Below, piece after piece: positions 1 through 12,730 of a DNA stretch of 64,000 nt. A program made the translations under genes and the position numbers. Position 1 is the stretch's first letter. Every line of letters starts with the position of its first letter. Where the stretch lies: contig NW_021833458.1 in NCBI RefSeq assembly GCF_006345805.1, positions 1 through 64,000 on the forward strand. The letters run 5' to 3'. The stretch comes from Octopus sinensis (lineage: Eukaryota). The notes beneath the pieces are model-generated. The model made no database searches and was not told the DNA's origin. It saw only the letters and a list, made by a program, of their open reading frames with translations.

Positions 1-1429
1 AATATATACACACCGTTGTTGGATGCATGTGCCCATTCAAAATACAGTTGCACACACATATACGTATAGATATATATATCTATATATATATATATATACA
101 TATTTCTGTTCATTTATATGTGTGTGCCTCTGTGTTTGTGTATAGATGTGTGTGTGTCTATGCACCTATAAATCAATATGTATGGATGTCCATGTATAAA
201 TGCGTCCATGTTTTTGTACATCTATGTATGACAGTTCTGTAAATTATTTCCCTATCAATACGTGTGTGCTATTGAATTTCTGGTTCTGTTGAGCATTTGA
301 GAAATCCTTTTGTTAGCCACAGATATATTTCAACTCCGGGATAAACAGGAAGATGTGTTCATTGAATAAGAATCCTTTTTCAATATAAACATTTTATCTC
401 CCTCCCTAACACTCGCTTACACGCTCTTTTTGTTTTTCACCTCACTCACTATATCTCGTCCGTTCTTTCCCTCTCTCACTTTCTCACTCTCGTATTCTTT
501 TCTAGTATCATTGATGTGAAATCATAAAATGACATAGTTATATTTGGAATGGAAATCCCACTGCGTTAACCCCCTTAGGACAACGGTTGAGTCTGTCATC
601 TTGAGAAAGGAAAAATATAAAGTTGACTGACCCAGGCAAGTATGATTATTACACAATTGCTTATATTCTATAGTTTTTTCTCCCCACCACTCGCTCTCTC
701 ATGCCTATAATAAACATATTTTTTAAAACTCTCGTGATGCATCCCATTCAAATGAATGCAAACGCACTCGCTTAAAGCGCCGTGGAAACTTTTATTATTA
801 TTATCATTATTATTATTACTATTATTATTATTATTGTTATTATTATTATTATTGCCATCTCTAATATCCAATAATGTGACCAGTATTGTTTAGAATCATC
901 TATTGTCTCCCGCTGCGTTTATGTCGTTGGAGTTAGCTCACGTTTCTATTAATAATATAAATTGCCAAAGGTCTGATTGGTTGGCAGTAAGGGTAGAACG
1001 GTATATAGTTCGATATGGTTGTCTCGAAATCCTGCGTTCGATTCATACCAAATTATAATTTTGATTTTCGTCAAATATCGTAATGTAGATCATACAGCTG
1101 TAAAATATAGATCTAAAATATACATGGAATAAATTGATGTGAGTGTACACAAATGGGTAGCTAATTAAATGTGCGGTTAATTAACACACAATTTACTACT
1201 GTTACTTAGTAAATGCAATGATCCTCACTGATATACACAAATATGATGATCCAAACTGCAATACTACTTTCAGTTTCCTTTTTGGATGTATGAAATTTTG
1301 GTTTCAACTATTCACCCAAGTTCTGTCTCTCTACCTCACTCTCTCTCCCTCTCTCTTACTTTCTTTCTCTCTATCTCTCTATATAGATAGATATATTGAT
1401 CGAAACATATGTACTTACATACATAAACA

Positions 1430-1528
1430 CACATTAATATATATATATATATATATATAAATACACACACACACATATATATATATATATGTATATATAT
1501 ATAGATAGATAGATATATAGATAGATAT

Positions 1529-1592
<64 letters not shown>
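1430..1592. repeat. Compound microsatellite (TA)n/(CA)n/(GATA)n
   Basis: Directly visible; representative of dozens of similar tracts across the window. Confidence 0.95.
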
Positions 1593-1594
<2 letters not shown>

Positions 1595-1747
1595 TTCTTT
1601 ATTGGCCACGCACGGCTGAACACAGAAGGGACAAAATGCAAAGTATATCTTTCCTTTTGGGAAGAAGGAAAAAAAGAGGGAGCGAATTCTGATCAAAAGG
1701 GATCGTAAAAAAAAAGTGGGGACCGACCAATGTGGATCGGCTAAAGG

Positions 1748-1872
1748 GACCGATAGAATAAGTACTAGGCTTACAAAGAATAAGTCCTGGGGTCGATTTG
1801 CTCGACTAAAGGCGGTGCTGTAGCATGGCTGCAGTCAAATGACTGAAACAAGTAAAAGAGACTAAAAGAGAG
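1748..1872 (+). mobile_element. SINE family B, 3' fragment
   Basis: gaccgatagaataagtact...ggcggtgct...gtcaaatgactgaaacaagtaaaagag matches the 3' half of full copies such as 37273-37682. Confidence 0.9.
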
Positions 1873-1937
1873 TACATACGTGTACTCACACACACAAACA
1901 TGCACATATATATATACGTGACATGGAGGGGCAGATT

Positions 1938-1978
<41 letters not shown>

Positions 1979-1980
<2 letters not shown>

Positions 1981-2480
1981 TATATAAAACTCTAGTTGTG
2001 TGAGTGTCTGTCCCCTTCGATTTAGATTCCTAACTCCTCCCACATTTTGCGGTGCAGTTTAACCAAATTCGGGTATCTTATAGTCGTGATTCATATCGAG
2101 CCCGTCTGACTATTAGCGTGCGTCAACGATGAGTTTACGATTTAAAAAATAATTTAACATCATTTTTTATTCCATTTTAATGCATAAAATGCATCGTATG
2201 TCGATGGCGATGGAGTTGGCGTCCACGCTCACAGCTGCACCTGTTTGCTTCTCCCCCTTCCCTCCCTCGTGAAGCTGTGGGAAAGGGAGTGTAAAGAAAT
2301 CAACGTCGTAATGCGTTGTGAAGGAAACCAGCGTTCTTTTAGAACAACGACTTCATGGCTTGAAGACACCAAAACAAAAATGGCTAAGAAAGCCCGAATT
2401 TATAAGGGAAGTAACTCTCTAAAAATGCTTATATAGTTATTTCCCTTACAAACCCGAGCAACGCCGGGCGATACTGCTAG
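1979..2480 (+). mobile_element. Non-autonomous Helitron
   Basis: 5' TC-TATATAAAA start; subterminal hairpin CCCG-agcaacgc-CGGG; 3' CTAG followed by T; no TSD. Confidence 0.75.
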
Positions 2481-2939
2481 TATATATATATATGTATATA
2501 TAGTGCAGGTTTAAACTACAACCAGAATCCCATTCTCACTCTGACATACAAAGAAGCAGACATAATCACATACACACGTACGTTCGCCAAATGCACCGCT
2601 GAATCGCACCGAACCCGAAACAACGGATTTCTGCATTAAGTCACAGCTGTTGTATATTAAAACCACGTTCGTTCTGGCAGTGCACGTAGCGATCGAAAGA
2701 GTTTGAACATGGGCACTGCCTTCAAAAGTATATCGGACAATACGTTTGCTACACATTACGAATTTTTTTTTTTTACTTGTCCAGGTTTATAAAGTTGTCC
2801 AACGTCGTTGCCCAAGCTATAATCAACGGTTCATTTATTAAAGCAGTGAGAGAGATGGAAACATGCTTTGTTAGTCGTGAGGATTTTGTTATATCTTTTC
2901 ATTGAGAAGAAGTTTAATGGAATACAGTTCTATATTTAA

Positions 2940-3159
2940 CCCTTTAGTGTTCAGATTACTCTGTTAAATGTAATACTTTTTCACTCAGATTGTTTTGAAT
3001 TGATCATGCATTATCTTATAGCTTTGAGGTTTCAATGATGTGATTGTTTATTTTTAGAATGTCAATGTAGGTTAGGTGTGAGAGGCTAGATATCACCAGT
3101 TTGAATATAAAACTTGTAGAATATTTGGGCTGGATATGGCCGGTTTAAACACTAAAGGG
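2940..3159. mobile_element. piggyBac-type MITE
   Basis: 12-bp TIR CCCTTTAGTGTT / AACACTAAAGGG, with TTAA on both sides (2936-2939, 3160-3163). Confidence 0.85.
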
Positions 3160-3227
3160 TTAAGAGATGAGGAATTATGTGCATTATTTACATTCGATGG
3201 ATATTTGTCCTCATCTTGTTTGTTGTT

Positions 3228-3273
3228 AACACAACGTTCCGGCTGATATACCCTCCAGCCTTCTTCAGGTGTC
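3228..3273 (-). ncRNA. Minimal type I hammerhead ribozyme motif (GAAA mutated to GGAA)
   Basis: GACAC CUGAAGA a GGCUG-loop-CAGCC GGA ACGU U GUGUU. Confidence 0.6.
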
Positions 3274-3324
3274 TTGGGAAAATTTCGAACCTGGTTCTCA
3301 TTGCTAAGGTATTTTTCAATGTTA

Positions 3325-3368
<44 letters not shown>

Positions 3369-3369
3369 C

Positions 3370-3403
<34 letters not shown>

Positions 3404-3485
3404 ATTGCTATTGCTTGGAATCTTGGGGTTTGTAGCCCGCGCTCTTACCCATTAAGCCATATGTCCAGGTTCGAAATTTTCCCAA

Positions 3486-3531
3486 GACACATGAAGAAGG
3501 CTGGAAGGTATATCAGCCGAAACGTTGTGTT
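3486..3531 (+). ncRNA. Minimal type I hammerhead ribozyme motif (C3 mutated to A)
   Basis: GACAC AUGAAGA a GGCUG-loop-CAGCC GAA ACGU U GUGUU. Confidence 0.6.
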
Positions 3532-3578
3532 AACAACAAACAAGATGAGGACAAATATCCGTCGAATGTAGATAATGT

Positions 3579-3861
3579 AAAGGCAAAGACGACCTCGGCG
3601 CAATTTGAACTCAGAACGTAACGGCAGACGAAATGCCTATTTCTTTACTACCCACAAGGGGCTAAACACAGAGAGGCCAAACAGGGAAAATAAACGGATT
3701 AAGTCGATTATATCGACCCCAATGCGTAACTGGTACTTATGTAATCGACCCCGAAAGGATGAAAGTCGATCTCGGCGGAATTTGAACTCAGAACGTAAAG
3801 ACAGACGAAATACTGCTAAGCATTTCGCCCGGCGTGCTAATGATTCTGCCAGCTCGCCGCC
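3579..3861 (-). mobile_element. SINE family A: full monomer (3638-3861) plus truncated second unit (3579-3637)
   Basis: Head ggcggcgagctggcag...ttagcacgccgggcgaaat, B-box gagttcaaattcc, tail gtagtaaagaaata; the second unit starts at ggcatttcgtctgccg. Confidence 0.9.
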
Positions 3862-4413
3862 TTAACGTCTTATTAATTATAATAACGATAATAAGAATAA
3901 TAATAGCAACAACAACAACAACAACATAAATGAGAACAACAAGAATGATAGCAACAACAAACAGTAATAAATATAATGAATGCGCAAAGCTAATAAAAAT
4001 CAGCGAAAGTAGCTATGTGCCAAAGAGAACATCTGGGAAATGATATTCTGCCATAATTTTCCGTAAAGATTATGATGATTAAAGATAAGTATTAGGGCGT
4101 TGTATTTAATTACTGCTTATATTTAATTGCTCCAGTAAAGGAAATATCAATCAATACAGCTAGATGAAGATGTTGCCGAGATGCTGTCACTGTTAAATAT
4201 TTTACAGATCGCACAAATTGATAACTGTTTGAAGTTCAAACCTGCGACTACCAACCAATGCTGGCTGGGAGGTGTCATTTCTATACACTGCTTCACTCAC
4301 GTACTATCAGTGCACTTCAATACATACGTACACACACGCACACACCGAAACATATACATACTACACAAATATATATATACATACATATGAATATATATAG
4401 GTATATATATGTT

Positions 4414-4483
<70 letters not shown>

Positions 4484-4648
4484 AATATTCATATATAAAT
4501 ATATGTATATATATATGAGTGTATATATATATATAATATATATATATAGATATTATATATATATATATATATGTACACCCAACCACCCACACAAACACAC
4601 ATATATATATATAGGAAGAGAGAGGGAGAATGTCTATATGAAAAGATG

Positions 4649-4680
<32 letters not shown>

Positions 4681-5449
4681 GTATATATGCAGATACGCAC
4701 ATAAATATGATTATATAAACGATGCATATAAGTGTGTGTTTGTGAGAGAGGGAGGGAGTGAGAGATAATTTATATTAACTCACACATATTTGTATACACA
4801 CGCATGCTCATATATAATGTATTTATATATCTGTAAATCTATCTATATACATATATATATATATATGTGTGTGTTTGTGTGTGTGCGTGTGTATATATAT
4901 CTACCTTCCTTCCTCTCTTTCTCCCTCTTTTTCTCTGTATCTCTCTCTTTCGCCTTCACTCACTTCCGTTATCTTTCTTTACATATAAAGAACCTGTGTG
5001 TGTGTGTGTGTGTGTGTTTGTGACTATAAACTGTATATAGAGAACTTCATGTTGCTATAAAGAACTTGTAAGTAAATCTGTTTCCTCCATATATCGTTGA
5101 GCATATGAGGGCGTTAGACGGACATTTTAAAATCGGTCCCAATATATCTATAAGCAAAAAAAAAAAAAATATGGTGATGTTGGAGTTTCTCGTCAACACA
5201 CTTGCGATTAGATGCTTACTTAGAGCAAGAAGACCTCTGGTGTTATTATGGTTGTAACCAGCATTTCGTTTTGTTTCCCATGATGGTGGTATTAACTTCC
5301 GTTAAAGTTTCATGCAATGTGTTTATATATAAATCAAAGGAGGTACCATTTAAATTACAAACTCACCATCTTTCTAAGCATATGTGCATGTATGTAAGTA
5401 AATATGCATGTATGTATGCATGTATATATTATGTATGTATCTATCTATT

Positions 5450-5485
<36 letters not shown>

Positions 5486-5540
5486 CCTCTCTCTCTCTCG
5501 CTATATATAATATCTTATAATTATGAGTATAATTATAATT

Positions 5541-5625
5541 TGGGTTCAGCAAAGATTTGCTTTACCACATACCGAACTTTACTCCAGAAATAGCAGCCAA
5601 AGAACCTTAGCTATTTCTTCTACTA
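5541..5625. mobile_element. One arm of the palindromic MITE seen whole at 60627-60819
   Basis: gggttcagca...accacataccgaa...agaaatagcag.caaag...tagctatttcttctacta shared with the intact copy. Confidence 0.8.
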
Positions 5626-5916
5626 TAAGAAGAAGCTATAAGAAGATATGAATTAATAATTTTACCCTTTATTATTATTGATTATATATATAATATATAT
5701 ATATATATTATATAATAATATATAGAGAGATATATATAGAGAGAGAGAGAGAGAGAGATGGATATATACAACACTATATCCATCTCTATATAGAAATATA
5801 TATCTATCTTCCAATCTATTTATATTTGTATCTACTCATTCATCTAACCACTCATATCTCCCTCCAACCCTTTAGTGGTCTATCTTTCATTCTACCCATC
5901 TGTCTATAAACCTGTT

Positions 5917-5949
<33 letters not shown>

Positions 5950-8900
5950 CTTGAACCTATTGACAAACATTTAGGCAGTTGTGTAATTTGAAATTTGTTC
6001 TTGCCATTTCAGCGGCATTGATGATATATATATTATCCAAGGTGTTCATTTACATGGTGACGGTCCGTAACTTAAGGGAAATCTGCATCTTCGTTTCATG
6101 TAGGTCGATTAATGGCAGAGAATGTCTTCAGTAAGTACAAGTTATGTTCATTGTGGTCGATTTAATCAATTATTCTCCCTCAAAACAAAGTTATATCTGA
6201 TTGTCTGGCATAAACTTCCGGAGACCTCCATATATGTGGGTTACATCTCCCAAAACACATTGTAGACAAAAATACCCTAGGAATATACATTTCAGTTTCT
6301 GGAACTTTCGAACAACAATTACTTATTACATATAATACATACAATTGGAATATGGAATTCTTCTTGTCTATATAATGCCAGGAGGAAGTTATTTTTAGAT
6401 CTATTTTATTACATTCTTGGCCTTTTGGTTCAGTTTCCTGTCGTACTGTTAAAGGAAAAATCAATAAATACCAGTAAAATATTAGTGCCAGTTTTACCTA
6501 ATAAATGTTTTTCGTTGCAAGTATCATCATCATGATGTTATATTTTCGAGTCAAATTCTTTTTGCAGTATAACTATGTATTTTTTTCTAACCCTGGATAG
6601 CCAGATAAACCTCAAGTTATGCATGATAGTAAATAAGAAGTTAAAACTACAAAAAAAGAAATGGGAGTTTCGTTTGCAACTTCTCAGTGAATTGTCTGCA
6701 CTCGAATTACAAATGAATGATTTATAACACAGGCACGGGTTAAGCAATAAAAAAAAAGGTAAGGAGAGATGTTCTGGACAAGACCATCGGCTCTTGTATT
6801 CAAAATAATTATTTCAATATGAGGAATGCCAGGCAGCGTCAAAATTCGAGGTGGGTAAAGTAAGATACTTGTGAGTTATACAATCCAGATATCTGATCTT
6901 CCTTCTGTCTCACAAATATCTTAAAGTTAATAAAAATGAAGATATTATCTATTCGTACATGCTTCTAAATATCTAAAATTGCAGACATTTTCATTGTATT
7001 AACAGTAGACCATTGCCAATTGCGTCTCTGAATGATTCCAGAGAAATATAGTAAGTCAAATATAGTAAGTCAAATATAGTAAGTAAATCAAAGAGAAATA
7101 TCCTAAGTCAGAGATTTCAGTCTAGTTTAATTAGACAAGCTTTCTTTTAGTTCGTATCTTCCATTCAATCTCCTTAATTAGAACAGGAGTAAAAGAAATG
7201 AAAGCGAGAAAAGAATCTCTGTGCATGGCCCAGGAAAGTGGGTTGTCTTTGGTACATTGGTACGGATCTGGAGAACAGAAAGAAGGGCATAGAAATACTA
7301 GAGGAAGACACGGGAAAGAGGCCCATAAACTTTCCCATATGGGCTTGCTGGTCCTAAATTAAGAGTCTGTAATACATCGTACTCTGCACCTTAGAAATGA
7401 TGCATATCTTTGAATTGGTAGGTATTTGTTCGAAAATGATATGGTAACTTCACGGCTGTAACGATTTCATTATATTATTACGTCGAGTATAGCACACACA
7501 CGCATATATATATGTGTGTGTTTGTGTGTGTGTGTGTACGTGTGTGTGTGTGTATGTAAGTGTGTATGTGTGTGTATAAGTATGTATGTATATATATATA
7601 TATATATCTTTTGGACAGCTAACCTATCACCGGACTATAAAGCACTTAAGTTAATTCGGGTTTTATATAGTTTCTGTTACGATAAAAAAGTTTCTTACGA
7701 ATGTGGGGTTCAGATGAATGATCGGATATAGGGTGAGTTGTGATGTAAAGGAGTTGTAGAGAAATTTTTATTCTATAAATTTAGGTTTATATTATTGTTT
7801 AAAATTTATTCATGTGTGTAGAACACTAAAACTTTTCAAACCAGTAAGATTTTATTAAGGCTAAACATTTTAATAACTCAGCGTCTTGTCTCTACAACAC
7901 CTTCACCATACGCTATCTCCATGATATACATAAAACCGTTTTTACAGTTTTACACTATACATGTGCAATAAGATTATCTAAAAGTTCCTCAGGCTTCAAA
8001 CAAAATCCTCACGAAAGATTTTCTAAGCACACAACCTACACACACAAACATACACACACAAACCTAAACACACAAACCTACATAAGTACACAAGCCTACA
8101 TACACTCACATAAATATATATTTATATGCGAGCAAGATCGAATATCTTTTCCTTTTTCAATTCAGTACTTGTACTTTGAAAGTATTTAAATATTTATTAA
8201 AAATTTTAAGGCGAGACTAACACCTCCGACGTAGGAACACTCTCCTAAATTAAAAATGCTATCACTCAGAGGCACTAAAATCCAAGCAAACCAAATATGG
8301 CATACATCAAGAACTTAGTTCTATCAAAAGACATAATATTCAAATTCTCACATTATCTATTCATGAACTTATTATAAATTCAATATGACCGACAAGGCAA
8401 ACACATCGTTATTTTAGGTCAATGTTTCTACCAAACTATCAAAGTTAATATGCCCTAATTTGGAATGCTAACGGATTGGTGTACGGACTATATTCTGAAT
8501 GAATGTCATTGATGAAGGTGGTGTAGATTTCGTTGTGGCATCGCTCATAACCATATGCAGCTGTTCAAGCGCTTTTGACTCCTAGGTAATGATATTCAAG
8601 TGCCCCTGGAAGATGAACAAATACAGTGCATGTAATCACACTAACACAGCATCGAGGCGAATATGACAGTAATACACATACAGCATTTCAGCCTATTATA
8701 TCAATTATTCTCAGAGATATCGTGACTATGAGATTGCTACTCATAGTCAGAAATGTCATTTTGCAAAAAAAAAAAAAACGATGGAAATGGTTGATTTTAA
8801 AACAATTGTCAACTACTCAAGGATAATATTCACATTTTAGCAATAACGACGAGAAGCATATCTTTTGCTATTTTTCTAAAATTATGCTATCTGAAATCTA

Positions 8901-9554
8901 TGGTGTTAGTCTTGCCCAATCATTAAGTTTTTAAATGCTGCCCTAACATTTCATCTTTGACATCTACATTGTGAACGCAAAGATATAAAACCGGTAATAC
9001 CAAAAAATAACGAAAACTAGTGACATATCTGTTAACGAAAACAAAAAACATTCCTCTAACTATATATTTTTCGTGAACCACTAAAAGACAATCTCATAAC
9101 CTGGAGCTGACATACTTAAATGCACACACGCGTTTATAAATTTCCGCTCACGTGTATGAATTTAGAACCATTATGTAACCCCATATTCTCCACACCTCCC
9201 CATCATAACCTACCCTGCAACCTAATTACCATTCAAAATAACCCCACATACCCGAGAAAAAATTTACCTTAACTGGAACTACAGAAAACCAAGTGTTAAA
9301 TTAAATACATCACGATCAAATAATCAGTTCGCTGGCCAAATTTTGAAGTCACTTCTAATATTGTCTTGGTTGAAGAATAATAGATTGGTTCTCTACAAAA
9401 GTATGGAGTAATTCTTCAGATTAATGTAAAAGAGCTTCTGTTATTACTGAACATAAAAAAAACATTAATGTATATATATATATATATATAATATATACAT
9501 TAATGTTTTAATATATTCTAGTCTGGATAGAATTGACATATCGGTTCTATTCTA

Positions 9555-9702
9555 GCAAAAAACTGTCCGATGAACGGCAACGGGAAACTCAGAGTAACAG
9601 GTTTTGTTGAATTTTCTGCTGCTTTAAATAAAGCATATTACTCTACCACTGGTATTTGAGTACTCTTTTTTCCACCTTGTTTCACATTTATGTGTTTACT
9701 CC

Positions 9703-9705
<3 letters not shown>
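9555..9705 (+). mobile_element. Penelope-like terminal fragment with hammerhead-like fold (9563-9600, core CCGAUGA)
   Basis: CUGU CCGAUGA a cgg-caa-cgg GAA ACUC-a-GAGU A ACAG, followed by AATAAA; abuts (TA)n. Confidence 0.6.
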
Positions 9706-9754
<49 letters not shown>

Positions 9755-9757
<3 letters not shown>

Positions 9758-9950
9758 AAAGTTCACGAAAAAAACAAAAGACGGAGACAGGTGGTGTACT
9801 AAACAAACAGATGTATTAGTATAACGCTCAGGAATAGAAAAAGTCTTTTACGTTTCGAGCCTACACTCTTCTACAGAAAGGGACACAGAAAAAACAAGGA
9901 GAGAAACAAGGAGAGAAGAAAAAAATGTGTGAAGTGGCTACCGATCTATC
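9755..9950 (-). mobile_element. Penelope-like terminal repeat with hammerhead-like fold (9845-9880, core CUGUAGA)
   Basis: CUUU CUGUAGA a GAGU-guag-GCUC GAA ACGU A AAAG; homologous to 9970-10135, 11710-11885 and 45335-45485. Confidence 0.7.
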
Positions 9951-9969
9951 AAATCTTAATTATGTTAAA

Positions 9970-10135
9970 CCGTTATTTCCTACATATATTATCTCTCTCA
10001 GCTTTTTAGTTCTCTCTCCATTTTCTTCTCATCGCTCTCTGTTATAGAGCGTAAGCTCGAAACCTCAAAGACTTTTCCATTCCTCCCGAGCGGCAAATTA
10101 ATACACCTGTTTGTTGTTCCCTAACTTCACACACA
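9970..10135 (+). mobile_element. Diverged copy of the same PLE end, head-to-head with 9755-9950
   Basis: ctctgttatagagcgtaagctcgaaacctcaaagacttttcc...ccgagcg...taatacacctgtttgtt. Confidence 0.65.
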
Positions 10136-11139
10136 AGCGCGCGTGAATTTTTACATACACACACACGCACGCATATTTGAGTGTGTGTGTGTGTGTGTGT
10201 GTGTGCATGTGTGTGTGTGTCATAAATGGCTACAGTCTGGTGCTAGAAACATGTAAAAGATAAGTGTATAAAGGATAACATAAAAATACAACCGACTTGT
10301 TCGTTAAATAAACCCAGTGACAACAGCAACAAAAAAAGCACTGGAAACGGCAATCGTATAACAAATCCCGCGTCTACATCACATGACAAATATATGCGAC
10401 CACAATGAGTAATCTATGAGGTGGGACTTTCTCTTAGAAATAGCAGCCAGATGTCGATTTTCTTTACCAATTTTTTTTCGATCATACCACTAACGAATTC
10501 AATGAAATAAGATCAAGGATAAAAAAAAAATTATCGTCAGCTCTCGGTACAAAAGAAAATGAGATGGATGGTCACAAATGGAACGATCAGGAGTCACTAG
10601 GTGCTAAGCAAAGACGACAATTATGCTCTCAGATTTTAAAACGATAAAAACCAATAAATAATACAAAGTTCATAAAAAAAAAGATACATGGTGGCACAAA
10701 ATGTAGAAAAAAATGCACAGAAAAATTATCAACGTATATACAAAAGCAAAACAATATATGAAATCACTTTTTAATCAAGTCCAACAACCTTAAGAAATAA
10801 ATTTCATTAAAAAAAATGCTGAATTGAATTAAATATTATTTGGCGTATTATATATGTGAGAAGGTTTACGTTCTTCCTTCTATAATCACAAAATATAATT
10901 ATAAAAAGGATTCCTGTATTTTTCTTATTTATTTTTCGATTTATTTATTTCTTGCTCATGTTATTTAGTTACAGTAATCTTCACACGACCTGGTTTGTTA
11001 TTTTCTTGTAAAAAAAACTGGCGAGTTTTGCAAATATATTGATTTCTATATTTAATGAGCTGAAGCCTCTGCAGACAAATGAAGAAACCAAAAATAGAGC
11101 ACTTTTGTATACATACATACATAATACATACATACACAT

Positions 11140-11296
<157 letters not shown>

Positions 11297-11309
11297 TGGT
11301 GTGCTAAGT

Positions 11310-11515
11310 TTCTAGACAACATTTCTTATTGTTAAGACCATTGCGGATTTTCTTCTAGCATAAGGGTTTCCACATATTGGTAAAAAGAATTCCCTCTTAT
11401 ATTTATGTATGAAATACTATTTATTGAATCTCTCTTTTTTTATATATCCTGGACCACTGGTGTTAAAATTGATGTTATCAAATTAATATCCAATTTTCCC
11501 CCCTCATTTTGATTT
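11310..11515. mobile_element. Partial foldback element homologous to 26074-26330
   Basis: Shares arm cggat..cttctagcataagggtt.tccacata and tail accactgg...aaattaatatccaatttt; loop is reversed relative to the 26-kb copy. Confidence 0.7.
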
Positions 11516-11569
11516 TATATATATATATATATTTATATATATGTGCGGGGGTTTGTATGTGTGTATCTT

Positions 11570-11912
11570 GCTCTCCAATCACATGGTTGCGGTTTCAATC
11601 CCACTGAGTGGCACCTTGAGCAAGTGTCTTCTACTATAGCCACGAGAAGACAAAAGACTTGTGAATGAATTAGGTAGACAGAAACTGAAAAAAGCTCATC
11701 GTATATACATGTATATCGTCATGATTGATCCCTAGCCACTACACATTCTTTATTTTCTCTCCTTGTTTCTTTCTCTGTTACTTTCTGTTGAAGAGCGTAG
11801 GTTCGAAATGTTAAAGACATTTTTCACTTCCCGAGCGTTATACTAATACATCTGTTGTCTACACCACGTGTCTTCTTTTTAATTCTCTACATATATATAT
11901 ATATATGTGTGT

Positions 11913-11949
<37 letters not shown>

Positions 11950-12180
11950 TCCTGTGTGTGTTTGTATGTGTTTGTCTGTCCCCCACACCGCCATCGCTTG
12001 GTAACTGATGTTGATGCTTTTACGTTTCTTTAACTTAGATGTTGTTAAAAGAAACCGATAAAATATGTACTGATATTACAAAGAATGAGTCCTCACGTTG
12101 ATTTCTTCGACTAAAGGTGGCGCTCCAGCATGCCGTAGTCAAATGTCTGAAAAAATGTAAAAACGAAAGGAATAAAAGAA
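11570..12180 (+). mobile_element. Old SINE family B copy with a PLE end inserted in its internal microsatellite
   Basis: Head 11570-11705 and tail 11960-12180 are separated by the PLE end at 11710-11885. Confidence 0.75.
11710..11885 (+). mobile_element. Penelope-like terminal repeat with hammerhead-like fold (11781-11816, core CUGUUGA)
   Basis: CUUU CUGUUGA a GAGC-guag-GUUC GAA AUGU U AAAG. Confidence 0.7.
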
Positions 12181-12249
12181 TATATGTGTGTGTATATATA
12201 TAAATGTGCATTAAGTATATAATATGTATATATATATATATATATATAG

Positions 12250-12282
<33 letters not shown>

Positions 12283-12399
12283 TATATATAGATATATATA
12301 TATATATTATAATATATATATGTATATGTACTAGTGCCCCTTATATTAGAAAATAGTCTTTTACGATAAAATGGTGGACCAGGTCAGTTTGAGCTTCCC

Positions 12400-12730
12400 T
12401 ACTACTATAATGTAAACTTTTTTGAACTCATAATGTTCTGTAGTTGTATGTATATACAGATACAATACCAATATTCCACTGAACGTTTTAATAATTCCTT
12501 CTGAAAACTATCTTTAACATTTTCTTGAGAATGTAATAAATATATGTTATAATCTTTTGTGCCCAATATTTTAATGAACTTGTTAAACTTTTTTATGTCC
12601 TTAACATGTTCTTGTTGCCAAAGACTGTATATGTGTAATTTAGCATTTTGTAACAACCAATAATTAACGCAACCAAACTTTTACATGTTACTTTTGACAA
12701 TCTTTTTCCAAAGAGTGAAACCGGTAAAGT
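12400..12730 (-). pseudogene. Possible decayed L1/Tx1 ORF2 C-terminus
   Basis: Translation LWKKIV...FGCVNYWLLQNAKLHIY...FIKIL resembles the W..I...FG...N..L.AK..IY pattern of L1/Tx1 ends; recognised from memory, interrupted by stops. Confidence 0.35.

Larger units (their letters stand above)
3182..3577. mobile_element. Inverted pair of Penelope-like terminal repeats (113-bp arms 3182-3294 and 3465-3577)
   Basis: Arms are reverse complements with ~5 mismatches; each carries the tgaagaaggc...ccgaaacgtt motif typical of PLE ends. The spacer holds (AAT)n/(ATT)n and a tRNA-like head. Confidence 0.75.

Noticed and set aside
6170-7460. Stretches vaguely resembling transposase or L1 peptides; CTGAAGA...GAAAC on the minus strand near 6090-6135
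   Set aside because: No diagnostic motif survives, and the hammerhead-like string lacks stems II and III.
8455-8560. WNANGL, as at the start of an APE endonuclease
   Set aside because: Six residues followed by stops and no further motifs; could be chance.
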